From Myxococcales bacterium (GTDB taxonomy: Bacteria > Myxococcota > Myxococcia > Myxococcales > Anaeromyxobacteraceae), in the NCBI GenBank assembly GCA_038320275.1, contig JBBQEB010000029.1, positions 1 to 29,480 of the forward strand: a DNA stretch of 29,480 nucleotides, given 5' to 3'. Position 1 is the stretch's first letter, and every line of letters begins with the position of its first letter. Below the pieces are notes generated by a model, which did not search any database, was not told where the DNA came from, and worked only from the letters and a program-made list of their open reading frames with translations. The position numbers were made by a program, and so were the translations under genes. This document shows positions 9,729-18,992 of the stretch, piece after piece.

Positions 9729-9786
9729 AAGTTCCGCGAGCTTCAGTCTGGCTCCATCCCTGTGCCGCACCGAGAGGAGTGACGAA

Positions 9787-10173
9787 ATGAGGAGATCGAA
9801 CGGCGCGTTCTTGGTCCTGGCGATCGCCCTCGCGGGCGCGGCCCGCGGAGACCCGGCGAGCCCTGCGGCGGGAGCGCCGCGGGTGGTGGAGATCGCAGCG
9901 AGGCAGTTCGAGTTCACGCCACGGGAGATCACACTGCAGAAGGACCAGCCCGTCACCATCCGCGTCGCGAGCCGGGACGTGACTCACGGCTTCTACCAGA
10001 AAGACCTCGGGCTCGACCTCGAGGTCGAGCCCGGCAAGGTCGCCGAGGCGACCATCACGCCCCGGACGGCCGGGACGTTCACCATCATCTGCGATCACTT
10101 CTGCGGAAACGGGCACGGCAACATGAAGGTGACCGCCATCGTGGTGGACGCCGAGGTGAGAACGGGGCGGTGA
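9787..10173 (+). CDS. Secreted cupredoxin with CuA-type site (cytochrome c oxidase subunit II periplasmic domain-like)
   Basis: GAGGAG RBS; signal peptide; ARQFEFTP, DVTHGF and CDHFCGNGHGNM (CxxxCxxxHxxM). Confidence 0.85.
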   Translation: MRRSNGAFLVLAIALAGAARGDPASPAAGAPRVVEIAARQFEFTPREITLQKDQPVTIRVASRDVTHGFYQKDLGLDLEVEPGKVAEATITPRTAGTFTIICDHFCGNGHGNMKVTAIVVDAEVRTGR

Positions 10174-10325
10174 GCCGGGCCGCCTCCGCCGCGCTCGTCC
10201 TCGCTGGGCTCGCCTCGATGGCCGCCTGCCGGGCCTGCCCACCGGGCCGGCTCGAGCGCACGTGGCCGCGCGGGTGAAGCGCGTCCCTATTGGGCGGGAA
10301 GTCCGAGGCGCGAGCCCTCTCCTAG
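10170..10325 (+). pseudogene. Eroded 5' remnant of a third operon gene (lipoprotein, possibly cytochrome c)
   Basis: GTGA-coupled to the cupredoxin stop; reads MSRAASAALVLAGLASMAAC-RA..PPGRLER, then across frameshifts VAARVKRVPIG/GGKSEA; ends next to the istB remnant. Confidence 0.4.
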
Positions 10326-10332
10326 GCCGGCC

Positions 10333-10618
10333 GAGCATGGTGTCGTCGAAGGTCGTGAGCCACACCGCGGGGTCGCGGTTGCGCGTGACGACCGAGGCTG
10401 CGCGGCCCGTCCGCTCGACGAAGAACTGGTAGACGTCGCGGCTCTCCTCGCGCGTCATCGGCTCGAGCTCGATGGTGACGATCTCGGCCATGAGAGGGTC
10501 GCGCGAGTGGTCGAGACGGCTCTGGCGCAGCTTGCGCAGCAGCGCGTCCGCGGTGGAAGCGGACGTCGAAGCCGCAGCGGCAAGCGAGCTGGCCGGGGGC
10601 GCTGGCGACGAAGGTCTT
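10333..10618 (-). mobile_element. istB: Degenerate IS21-family istB (AAA+ helper ATPase) fragment
   Basis: KTFVASAPGQLACRCGFDVRF / ADALLRKLRQSRLDHSRDPLMAEIVTIE-LEPMTREESRDVYQFFVERTGRAASVVTRNRD..WLTTFDDTML; one frameshift, Walker A glycines and Walker B hhhhDD missing. Confidence 0.75.
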
Positions 10619-11139
10619 CGTGCGCGGGTCGTCGCCGGGATCCGTCGACCGCTTCCCCGACGCGACAGCGGATGCGCACTCTCCGCGAGCGCCGAGGCGG
10701 GCCCTCGGAGCCATCCCGGCGCGCTTCGTGGTTCATCATCGGCTGACGGGTGGAGTGATGGGCGCGCGATGCAAACGCGCTCGACGGTGCGGATGCCTTG
10801 CCGCAGCCGCGCCGCACGCCGTGTCCGCCCCGAGCACGATTCACGACCGGCCGCGGCCGAGTCAGCGGCATTCAGGGCAGTTCTGATGGCAGCCAGCGCC
10901 CTACACCGGGCCTAGCTCCACCACTCGGGGGGCGTGCTCTTCTGCCGCATGGTCCCGCGAAAGGGTGACACCGGGTCGCGGGACGGTGGGACGTCGGGGC
11001 AGGTCTCGCCCGTCGAAATGACTCGCCGACTCGAGGTGAGCCGGCGAGCAGCGCGAACGGAAGGAGCCAGGGAGCGCAGGTGGCAGGGCACGTTGTGTCC
11101 ACGAGGCACGAGGGACCTACTCGGAAAGGGCTTCAAGAC

Positions 11140-13020
11140 ATGAGGATTCGTATCACGCAAGCAGTGCTGTCGAGTGCATTGACCCTGGGCCTGGCGCTCA
11201 CAGGTTGCGGTGGGGCGACGTCGCCCGAGGGAAACTCGACGGTTTCGGGACTGGCATCGGCTGACGCTCCCGTCAGTACCGTCTCCTTGAGGGACTCTTC
11301 TGTCCCGCCACAGGAGCGGACGATGACCGCCGACGCAAACGGAGCGTTCTCGTTCGATGTCACGGGTCTCACGCCGCCGTTCATGCTGAAGGGCGACGAA
11401 GGTTCGACGAGGCTCTACGCGCTCACGTTGAAGAGCGGCACGACCGAGCTCAACGCGCTCACCACCGCCGTGCTCGCAGCGGCCTCGGACCGGGACCTCG
11501 ACGAGGAGTGGTCGGGCGACCACGGGCACGCGGTGCAGAACGTCGGTCGCGTCATGACGAGCCTCCGCACGGTGCTCGCGCCGCTCTTCCAGCACTACGG
11601 CGTCAAGTTCGGTGAGGACTGGGACGAGTCGCGGGCGTACCGCACCATGCTGCGCGAGGTGAACTTCGTCGTGAGGTCGGGCGTCGTCACCGTCACGAAC
11701 AAGGCCACCGGCGCGGTCATCTTCACGGCTCTTCTGAGCGACCTCGCCTCGGGCGTACTCCATCCCGAGAACATCCCGGGCGGCGCGGTGACTCCCCCTC
11801 CGCCCGCAGCGTGCGTCTACGTCTACTCGGCCTGGGGCGCCTGCCTGTCGAACGCCTCGCAGACGCGGACGGTGACGTCCTCGTCTCCCGCCGGCTGCAC
11901 CGGGACCACGGTCCTGTCGCAGGCCTGCGTCTACACGCCTCCGGTCATCGACGGCGCGGCGCTGTATGCGCAGAAGTGCGCGAACTGCCACGGCCCGCTC
12001 GCCACGAGCAGCAAGAAGGGCCGGACGGCTGCGCAGATCACCGCGGCCGGCATGACCATGGGCCTCAGCGCTGCGCAGGTCCAGGCTCTGGCGACCGTCC
12101 TGGTTACGACCACGCCTCCTCCCACCGCCTGCACGTACACAACGGGCGCGTGGGGCGCGTGCCAGCCGAGCAGCACGCAGACCCGCACGGTGACGGCTGC
12201 CCCCGCCGGCTGCACGGGCACTCCGCCCGCGTCCTCGCAGTCCTGCACCTACGTGCCTCCGGTCACGACGTGCAGCTCGTTCACCTACTCGGGGTTCGGC
12301 GCCTGCCAGTCGAACAACACGCAGGTGCGGACGGTGGCGTCCTCATCGCCGAGCGGCTGCACGGGCGGTACGCCGGTGCTGACGCAGTCCTGCACCTACG
12401 TGCCTCCGATCACGACGTGCAGCTCGTTCACCTACTCGGCGTTCGGCGCCTGCCAGTCGAACAACACGCAGACGCGTTCGGTGACGTCCTCGTCGCCGAG
12501 CGGCTGCACGGGCGGCACGCCGGTGCTCACGCAGGCCTGCACCTACGTGCCTCCGGTCACGACGTGCAGCTCGTTCACCTACTCGGCGTTCGGCGCCTGC
12601 CAGTCGAACAATACGCAGGTGCGCACGGTGACGTCCTCGTCGCCGAGCGGCTGCACGGGCGGCACGCCTGTGCTCGCGCAGTCCTGCACCTACGTGCCTC
12701 CGGTCACGACGTGCAGCTCGTTCACCTACTCGGGGTTCGGCGCCTGCCAGTCGAACAATACGCAGGTGCGCACGGTGACGTCCTCGTCGCCGAGCGGCTG
12801 CACGGGCGGCACGCCGGTGCTCGCGCAGGCCTGTACGTACACGCCGCCCCTCGACGGGACCGCGCTGTACAACCAGTATTGCTCGGGGTGCCACGGCAAC
12901 GGCAAGAAGGGCGCCTCGGCCAGCGCGACCCGGAGCGCAATCAGCAGCAACAAGGGCGGCATGGGTTCGCTCTCGAACCTCACCACGGCCCAACTCCAGG
13001 CGATCTCGTCCGCGCCGTAG
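11140..13020 (+). CDS. Lipoprotein diheme c-type cytochrome (PgcA-like) with six Cys-rich TSP1-like repeats
   Basis: Lipobox LTG-C; beta-rich N-domain (VSLRDSS...NGAFSFDVTGLTPPF); CANCH 11977-11991 and CSGCH 12880-12894, each preceded by DGxALY; repeats C-x-Y..[W/F]GAC...Q.RTV...GC.G....Q.C. Confidence 0.85.
   Translation: MRIRITQAVLSSALTLGLALTGCGGATSPEGNSTVSGLASADAPVSTVSLRDSSVPPQERTMTADANGAFSFDVTGLTPPFMLKGDEGSTRLYALTLKSGTTELNALTTAVLAAASDRDLDEEWSGDHGHAVQNVGRVMTSLRTVLAPLFQHYGVKFGEDWDESRAYRTMLREVNFVVRSGVVTVTNKATGAVIFTALLSDLASGVLHPENIPGGAVTPPPPAACVYVYSAWGACLSNASQTRTVTSSSPAGCTGTTVLSQACVYTPPVIDGAALYAQKCANCHGPLATSSKKGRTAAQITAAGMTMGLSAAQVQALATVLVTTTPPPTACTYTTGAWGACQPSSTQTRTVTAAPAGCTGTPPASSQSCTYVPPVTTCSSFTYSGFGACQSNNTQVRTVASSSPSGCTGGTPVLTQSCTYVPPITTCSSFTYSAFGACQSNNTQTRSVTSSSPSGCTGGTPVLTQACTYVPPVTTCSSFTYSAFGACQSNNTQVRTVTSSSPSGCTGGTPVLAQSCTYVPPVTTCSSFTYSGFGACQSNNTQVRTVTSSSPSGCTGGTPVLAQACTYTPPLDGTALYNQYCSGCHGNGKKGASASATRSAISSNKGGMGSLSNLTTAQLQAISSAP
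12244..12845 (+). repeat. Intragenic tandem repeat, about 4 x 147 bp (49 aa), near-identical
   Basis: TGCAGCTCGTTCACCTACTCG recurs at 12271, 12418, 12565, 12712; divergent copies start at about 11812 and 12130. Confidence 0.95.
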
Positions 13021-13043
13021 CCAGCCAGCGTTGAGCTGAAGAA

Positions 13044-13090
13044 GACCGGGGCGCCCTGCTCAGCGAGGCAGGGCGCCTCGGTCGTTTCGT
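13044..13090 (+). terminator. Probable intrinsic terminator after the cytochrome gene
   Basis: GACCGGGGCGCCCTGC-tcagcgag-GCAGGGCGCCTCGGTC 16-bp stem (one G-U) followed by GTTTCGT. Confidence 0.65.
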
Positions 13091-13261
13091 CCGCGGTCGA
13101 CCAGGCGAAGGCTGTTCGGCGGAAGCGATCGCGCGCGAACCTGGCGTGTTCGTCGTGAACCAGGCCCTCGTGCGCAGGCTGCACCGGACGGCCGCATCGA
13201 CGTGCTAATTCTAGGTCCTGAGCGGCGGCCACCGCGCACCTCTCACCCCGGGACCTCCAAC

Positions 13262-14079
13262 ATGAACGCCCTCGCCGCCCTGGCCCTCGGGCTGGCGCTC
13301 GCCGCCGACCCCTCGCCGGCGTGCCCGCCGCCGCCCGCCTGTCCGCCCTGCCCGGCGAAGCCGCCCGCGCCGCCGCCGAAGGTCTGGATCGGCAGCGCTG
13401 GGCTGGGCTTCCTGGCGGTGACCGGAAACGCGCGCAGCGTGACGCCACCCTGAACGCGGCCGTGGAGCGCAAGAGCGAGCATTGGGTGCTCGGGGTCAAG
13501 GCCTCCGGCAACTACGGCGAAAGCCGTCCAGCCGGCGCCGCGCGCTCCGAGACCTCGGCCGAGAGCGCCAGCCTCTTCCTCCGCGGAGACTACCGGGTCA
13601 CCTCCAGGCTGAGCAGCTACCTCCTCGGCGGCGTCGAGACCGATCACCCGCGCAGCGTCGAGGTGCGGTGGTCGCAGGAGGGGGGCGCCGGCTACGCATG
13701 GGTGGACCAGGCCTGGGACGACCAGAAGCTCTTCCTGCGCACCGACCTCGGCGTCCGCTTGACCGAGGAGTACCGCTTTCAGTACTTCCCGTCGCCCGCC
13801 CGCGTCAGCCCGCGCGAGATCCTGTACACCGCCCCGCGCGGCGCGGTGGCCTTCCGCTGGCAGCTCGAGAAGCGGGTTCTTTTCACCGAGGACCTCGAGG
13901 TCCTGCGCAGCCTCAGCGAGGACCGGCTGCTCGTGAACAGCGTGGCGAAGCTCAGCTCGAAGGTGTACGGCCCGCTCGCGGTGGGCGTGGGCTACACGCT
14001 CAGCTACGACGGCGCCCCCGCCGCCCCGAAGATCCCGTGGGACGGCACGCTGTCCGTCACGCTCGACTACCTGCTGTGA
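13262..14079 (+). pseudogene. DUF481/YdiY-family outer-membrane beta-barrel protein with 1-nt frameshift near 13443 (or sequencing error)
   Basis: Signal peptide, Pro/Cys linker, W.GSAGLGFLAVTGNARSVT in one frame, continuing ATLNAAVERKSEHW...SVTLDYLL* in the next; alternating beta-strand pattern. Confidence 0.7.
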
Positions 14080-14365
14080 TCCCGACGAGCACCGACCCGT
14101 CGCGCTACGTGCAGGGCCGGATGTTCACCAGCCGAGTGAGCAGTGTCGCGAAGATCGTCGGCCACCTCGACACGCCCCTGGATGTCGGCGTGCCCGCGCC
14201 CGAATACCGCGAAGCCGTGTCGGCCGCGAGCACGGCTCATACGGAGCTGCGCGCCGCCTGCGACGCCTGACGTCGGGAGAATCCGCTCCGCCGCCCAGCC
14301 ACCATCACAGTCGAACGACGCGACGTGGGACCGCGTCCGAAGCGGGAGTACGATTGCGCCCTGCC

Positions 14366-16264
14366 ATGCCCGACCTCTCTCCGAAGCTGCGCCGCAAGGC
14401 GTTGGAAGCCCTCTCACGCGACGCCTTGGCCGTGGTCAGCACCAAGCTCGACCTGGTCGTCGAGGATCGGCGTGCCCAAGTCGCCCACGTCGAGGCCATC
14501 CTCGAGGCCAAGGGCCCGAAGTTCGGCGACGTCCTGCGGCTCCTCTCCCGCGACGACCTGAAGGACATCTGCGAGGTGCTGGGCCTCGACACCTCGGGCA
14601 AAGAGAAGGAGCCCATCGTCCGGCGGATCCTCGCGGCCGAGGGCGACGGGACGACTCCCGCGCCGGCGGCGGTCGAGGCGGAGCCAGCGGTGCCCCGGGT
14701 GGCGAAGCGAGCGAAGGCGAACGGCTCCAACGGCGGCGACCTCGGCTTCGAGGATAAGCTCTTCAAGGCCGCGGACAAGCTCCGCAACAACATGGACGCG
14801 GCCGAGTACAAGCACGTCGTCCTCGGCCTCGTCTTCCTCAAGTACATCAGCGACGCCTTCGAGGAGCTGCACGCGCGGCTCGTTGCCGAAGCCGACCAGG
14901 GGGCCGATCCCGAGTCGAGGGACGAGTACGTTGCCGAGCGCGTCTTCTGGGTCCCCAAGGAGGCGCGCTGGCCCCACATCCAGGCGAACGCGAAGCAGGC
15001 GGGCATCGGCCAGCTCATCGACGACGCCATGGTGGCCATCGAGCGCGACAACCCGAAGCTCAAAGGCGTGCTGGCGAAGAACTACGGCCGGCCGCAGCTC
15101 GACAAGCAGCGGCTGGGCGAGCTGGTGGACCTGATCTCCACCATCGGCTTCGGGACCAAGGAGCACCGCTCCAAGGACATCCTGGGCCGCGTCTACGAGT
15201 ACTTCCTGGGGGAGTTCGCGCTGGCCGAAGGTCGGCAGGGCGGGCAGTTCTACACCCCGCGCTGCGTGGTCCGCACGCTCGTGGAGATGCTCGCGCCGTA
15301 CAAGGGGCGGGTCTACGACCCCTGCTTCGGTTCGGGTGGCATGTTCGTCCAGTCGGAGAGCTTCATCGAAGAGCACCAGGGGCGCGTCGGGGACATCAGC
15401 ATCTTCGGGCAGGAGTCGAACCCGACCACCTGGCGCCTCGGCAAGATGAACCTCGCTATCCGGGGCATCGAGGCGAACCTTGGCGAGGAGAACGCGGACA
15501 GCTTCCACCGGGACTTGCACAAGGATCTCAAGGCGGACTTCATCCTCGCGAACCCGCCCTTCAACGTGAGCGACTGGGGTGGGGAGCGGCTGCGAGAAGA
15601 CGTGCGGTGGAAGTACGGCGCCCCACCCGTGGGCAACGCCAACTTCGGCTGGGTGCAACACTTCATCCACCACCTGTCTCCAACGGGCATGGCCGGTTTC
15701 GTGCTCGCCAACGGTTCGATGTCGTCGGGGCAGTCGGGCGAGGGGGAGATCCGCAAAGCCATCGTTGAAGGCGACCTCGTGGACTGCATGGTTTCGCTGC
15801 CGGGGCAGCTCTTCTACTCGACGCAGATCCCGGCGTGCCTCTGGTTCCTGGCGCGCGACAAGCGGAACGGCCGGCTCCGAGACCGGCGCGGTGAGGTGCT
15901 CTTCATCGACGCCCGCAAGCTCGGCCGGATGATCGACCGCACCCAGCTCGAGCTCGCGCCCGAGGACGTCGCCAAGATCGCTGGCGCCTACCACGCCTGG
16001 CGCGGCGACAAGGGTGCCGTGAAGTACGAGGACGTGGCCGGGTTCTGCAAGGGCGCCACGCTCGACGAGATCCGGGGCCACGGGCACGTGCTCACACCGG
16101 GCCGGTACGTCGGCGCCGAGGACGTCGTGGACGACGGCGAGCCGTTCGAGGAGCGCTTCCCGAAGCTGGTGGCGAAGCTGGAGGAGCAGTTCGAGGTCGC
16201 CGCAGGGTTGAAGAAGCGGATCCGCGAGGGACTGAGCCGCGTGGGGCCCCGCGGTGTCGAGTGA
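14366..16264 (+). CDS. hsdM: Type I R-M methyltransferase (m6A) with N-terminal SAP-like extension
   Basis: [48 protein letters not shown] motifs; about 120 extra N-terminal residues. Confidence 0.95.
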   Translation: MPDLSPKLRRKALEALSRDALAVVSTKLDLVVEDRRAQVAHVEAILEAKGPKFGDVLRLLSRDDLKDICEVLGLDTSGKEKEPIVRRILAAEGDGTTPAPAAVEAEPAVPRVAKRAKANGSNGGDLGFEDKLFKAADKLRNNMDAAEYKHVVLGLVFLKYISDAFEELHARLVAEADQGADPESRDEYVAERVFWVPKEARWPHIQANAKQAGIGQLIDDAMVAIERDNPKLKGVLAKNYGRPQLDKQRLGELVDLISTIGFGTKEHRSKDILGRVYEYFLGEFALAEGRQGGQFYTPRCVVRTLVEMLAPYKGRVYDPCFGSGGMFVQSESFIEEHQGRVGDISIFGQESNPTTWRLGKMNLAIRGIEANLGEENADSFHRDLHKDLKADFILANPPFNVSDWGGERLREDVRWKYGAPPVGNANFGWVQHFIHHLSPTGMAGFVLANGSMSSGQSGEGEIRKAIVEGDLVDCMVSLPGQLFYSTQIPACLWFLARDKRNGRLRDRRGEVLFIDARKLGRMIDRTQLELAPEDVAKIAGAYHAWRGDKGAVKYEDVAGFCKGATLDEIRGHGHVLTPGRYVGAEDVVDDGEPFEERFPKLVAKLEEQFEVAAGLKKRIREGLSRVGPRGVE

Positions 16265-17579
16265 GTGGACCACGATGACCCTGCGTGCAGCAGGAGTTCG
16301 ACTGCTTGACTGCGATCATCGCACTCCTCCGGCAAGGCCAGAGGGCCGACCGTACGTGGCCATCCCACAGATTGCGGACGGGCGCCTCGACTTAGCGGCG
16401 GCGCGGCGGATCTCCGAGGGCGACTACGAGGACTGGACACGCCGCACGCTTCCGCAGGCCAACGACGTGGTGGTCGTGCGGCGCTGCAACGCCGGGGACA
16501 CAGCATGGGTGCCCGCCGGCGTGCAGTTTGCCTTGGGCCAGAACCTCGTCCTACTGCGGTCGGACGGGAGCCGCGTGTTGCCGGAGTTCCTGCGGTGGCT
16601 GGCAAGAGGACCGGGCTGGTGGGAACAGGTGCGCAAGTTCATGAACGTTGGTGCCGTCTTCGACAGTCTGAAGTGTGGCGACATCCCCAACTTCGAACTC
16701 ACCATTCCTCCGGCGAGCGAGCAGGCCGCAATCGTCCAGTTGCTGGGCGCCCTCGACGACAAGATCGAGCTGAACCGCCGGATGAACGAGACGCTAGAGG
16801 CGATGGCGAGGGCGATCTTCAAGTCCTGGTTCGTGGACTTCGACACCGTGCGCGCCAAGGCCGAGGGGCGGGAGCCGGCCGGCATGGACTCGGCGAAGGC
16901 GGCGCTGTTCCCGTATGAGTTCGAGCGGTCTGAGCTGGGGGAGATCCCGCGCGGGTGGCGGATCGGGACTGTGGGCGCCATCGCGAGCGTCATCGATTGC
17001 CTGCATAGCAAAAAGCCCGAGCGACAAACGACCGGACGGCCGTTCCTCCAACTCTTTAATATCCCGGACAGCGGCCTGATGGACCTTTCGGAGATATACT
17101 CGGTCTCTGACGCTGACTACGCGATCTGGACCTCGAAGGTCGAGGCGTCGCCCGGCGATTGCGTCATCACCAATGTTGGTAGGGTCGGAGCGGTCGCGCA
17201 GGTCCCGACAGGCTTCAACGGCGCGCTCGGGAGGAACATGACGGGCGTGCGGTGCAAGCCCGACTGCCCCTACCCCACGTTCCTCGTTGAAGGGCTCCTG
17301 TCCCAGGCAATGCGCGAGGAGATTAGGCGCAAGACCGACACGGGCACGATCCTGGACGCTCTCAACGTCCGCAACATCCCGCTCCTTCGCCTGATCCTTC
17401 CGCCGGCGCCAGTCATGGCTCAGTTCGAATCCGTCGGCCGGCCGCTGCGGGCCCAGATGGAGGCCAGCCACCGCGAGTCCCTCACGCTTGCGGCACTCCG
17501 CGACGCCCTCCTCCCCAAGCTCCTCTCCGGAGAGCTGCGCGTCCGCGAGGCCGAGGCCGTCGTCGGCCGCCCGGCGTGA
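16254..17579 (+). CDS. hsdS: Type I R-M specificity subunit
   Basis: Two TRDs; central conserved PP..EQ.AI...[16 protein letters not shown]...GEIPRGW; C-terminal [19 protein letters not shown]. Confidence 0.93.
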   Translation: MSSEWTTMTLRAAGVRLLDCDHRTPPARPEGRPYVAIPQIADGRLDLAAARRISEGDYEDWTRRTLPQANDVVVVRRCNAGDTAWVPAGVQFALGQNLVLLRSDGSRVLPEFLRWLARGPGWWEQVRKFMNVGAVFDSLKCGDIPNFELTIPPASEQAAIVQLLGALDDKIELNRRMNETLEAMARAIFKSWFVDFDTVRAKAEGREPAGMDSAKAALFPYEFERSELGEIPRGWRIGTVGAIASVIDCLHSKKPERQTTGRPFLQLFNIPDSGLMDLSEIYSVSDADYAIWTSKVEASPGDCVITNVGRVGAVAQVPTGFNGALGRNMTGVRCKPDCPYPTFLVEGLLSQAMREEIRRKTDTGTILDALNVRNIPLLRLILPPAPVMAQFESVGRPLRAQMEASHRESLTLAALRDALLPKLLSGELRVREAEAVVGRPA

Positions 17580-17738
17580 TGGTAACCTCTTGTCGACAAA
17601 CGGCTTTCCCGTCGAGACCGGCTAAGGTCATGCCCCTTACATCGCACCCAGCCCGGCGATCCCGGTGGTCGGGAACGGGACCGCTGAGCCGCTGACCGGT
17701 AACATTCCGGATTCACGGCGTTCCGACGGGAGGATGCG

Positions 17739-18992
17739 ATGGCGAGCAGCGGGCCCAGGCGGCCGGCCAAGGGGCCGGCCCGCATCGAGTACCTGAAGGT
17801 CCAGAACTACCGGGCGCTCCGCTCGGTGGAGCTCACGAAGCTCACGCCGCTCACGGTGCTCCTCGGTCCGAACGGCAGCGGGAAGTCCACCGTCTTCGAC
17901 GTGTTCGGTTTTCTCTCGGAGTGCTTCTCCGTCGGGCTCCGCAAGGCGTGGGACAAGCGCGGTCGCTTCCGCGAGCTGCGCAGCCGCGGAGCGTCCGGCC
18001 GGATCGTGTTCGAGCTCCGCTACCGCGAGGAGCCTCAGGCCGAGCCCGCCACCTACCACTTGGAGATAGACGAGGTGAAGGGCCGTCCCGTCGTCTGGCA
18101 GGAGTGGCTGAAGTGGCGTCGCGTCGAGCCGGGGGTGGCCGGCGCCCCGTACAAGATCCTGAACTTCACCAACGGCAAGGGGTGGGTGATCTCCGGCGAG
18201 CGCCCGGAACGCGACGATAACAAGGTGCAGGAGGAGCTGGACGATCCCGAGATGCTCGCGGTGAGCACCCTTGGCCGACTGGCCAAGAACCCTCGCGTCG
18301 CCGCGCTCCGCCGGTTCATCACGGACTGGTACGTCTCCTACCTCTCCGTGGACGACACGCGCGGACAGCCGGAGGCCGGGCCGCAGGAGCAGCTCAGCCG
18401 GACGGGCGACAACCTCGGCAACGTCATGCAGTACCTCACCGAGCAGCACCCGGAACGGCTCGCCGAGATCATGGAGGCGATGAAGCGCCGCGTTCCGCGC
18501 CTGGAGGCGGTAATCCCCGAGCAGATGAAGGACGGCCGCCTGCTGCTCCAGATCAAGGACGCGCCCTTCGATCAACCGATCCTCTCGAAGTTCGCGTCGG
18601 ACGGCACGCTCAAGCTCCTCGCCTACTTCCTGGTGCTGTACGACCCGCACCCGCACCAGTTCATCGGGGTCGAGGAGCCGGAGAACTTCCTGCACCCGCG
18701 GCTCCTGCCGGAGCTGGCGGAGGAGTGCCGGAAGGCGTCCGGCCGGTCCCAGCTTCTCGTGACGACGCACTCCCCATTCTTCGTCGACGCCCTCAAGCCG
18801 GAGGAGGTGCGCGTGCTGTACCGCGACGCGGACGGTTACACGCGCGTGGTCCGCGCCGCCGACGTGAAGGGCATTAGGGAGTTCATGGACGCCGGCGCGC
18901 TCCTCGGGCAGCTCTGGCTAGAGTCGCACTTCGGCGTGGGCGATCCGCTGGTGAACGGCGGGGCGCCGCGCTCGGGGAGGCGCTCCACGTGA
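17739..18992 (+). CDS. ABC-type ATPase (AAA_21/AAA_15 class, defence-associated)
   Basis: LKVQNYRAL start, Walker [10 protein letters not shown], signature SDGT, Walker B/D-loop [13 protein letters not shown]-loop TTHSP; GGAGG RBS. Confidence 0.9.
   Translation: MASSGPRRPAKGPARIEYLKVQNYRALRSVELTKLTPLTVLLGPNGSGKSTVFDVFGFLSECFSVGLRKAWDKRGRFRELRSRGASGRIVFELRYREEPQAEPATYHLEIDEVKGRPVVWQEWLKWRRVEPGVAGAPYKILNFTNGKGWVISGERPERDDNKVQEELDDPEMLAVSTLGRLAKNPRVAALRRFITDWYVSYLSVDDTRGQPEAGPQEQLSRTGDNLGNVMQYLTEQHPERLAEIMEAMKRRVPRLEAVIPEQMKDGRLLLQIKDAPFDQPILSKFASDGTLKLLAYFLVLYDPHPHQFIGVEEPENFLHPRLLPELAEECRKASGRSQLLVTTHSPFFVDALKPEEVRVLYRDADGYTRVVRAADVKGIREFMDAGALLGQLWLESHFGVGDPLVNGGAPRSGRRST

Noticed and set aside
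10760..10900. GEMM-I (c-di-GMP/cGAMP) riboswitch suggested by GCAAA and ATGGCAGCCAG
   Set aside because: No GNRA-capped P2 stem, no GACGCAAAGC-like core at the right spacing; fragments too far apart
12244..12845. Regular repeats as a CRISPR array
   Set aside because: Contiguous 147-bp in-frame coding units with no unique spacers; no cas genes
16254..17579. Phase-variable or invertible hsdS
   Set aside because: Single hsdS, no silent TRD copies, recombinase or simple-sequence tract seen
17580..17738. Retron-like ncRNA or operator between hsdS and the ATPase (TTGTCGACAA palindrome 17590-17599)
   Set aside because: No reverse transcriptase in the window, no long flanking inverted repeats; a single 10-bp palindrome is weak evidence, though an internal promoter is plausible
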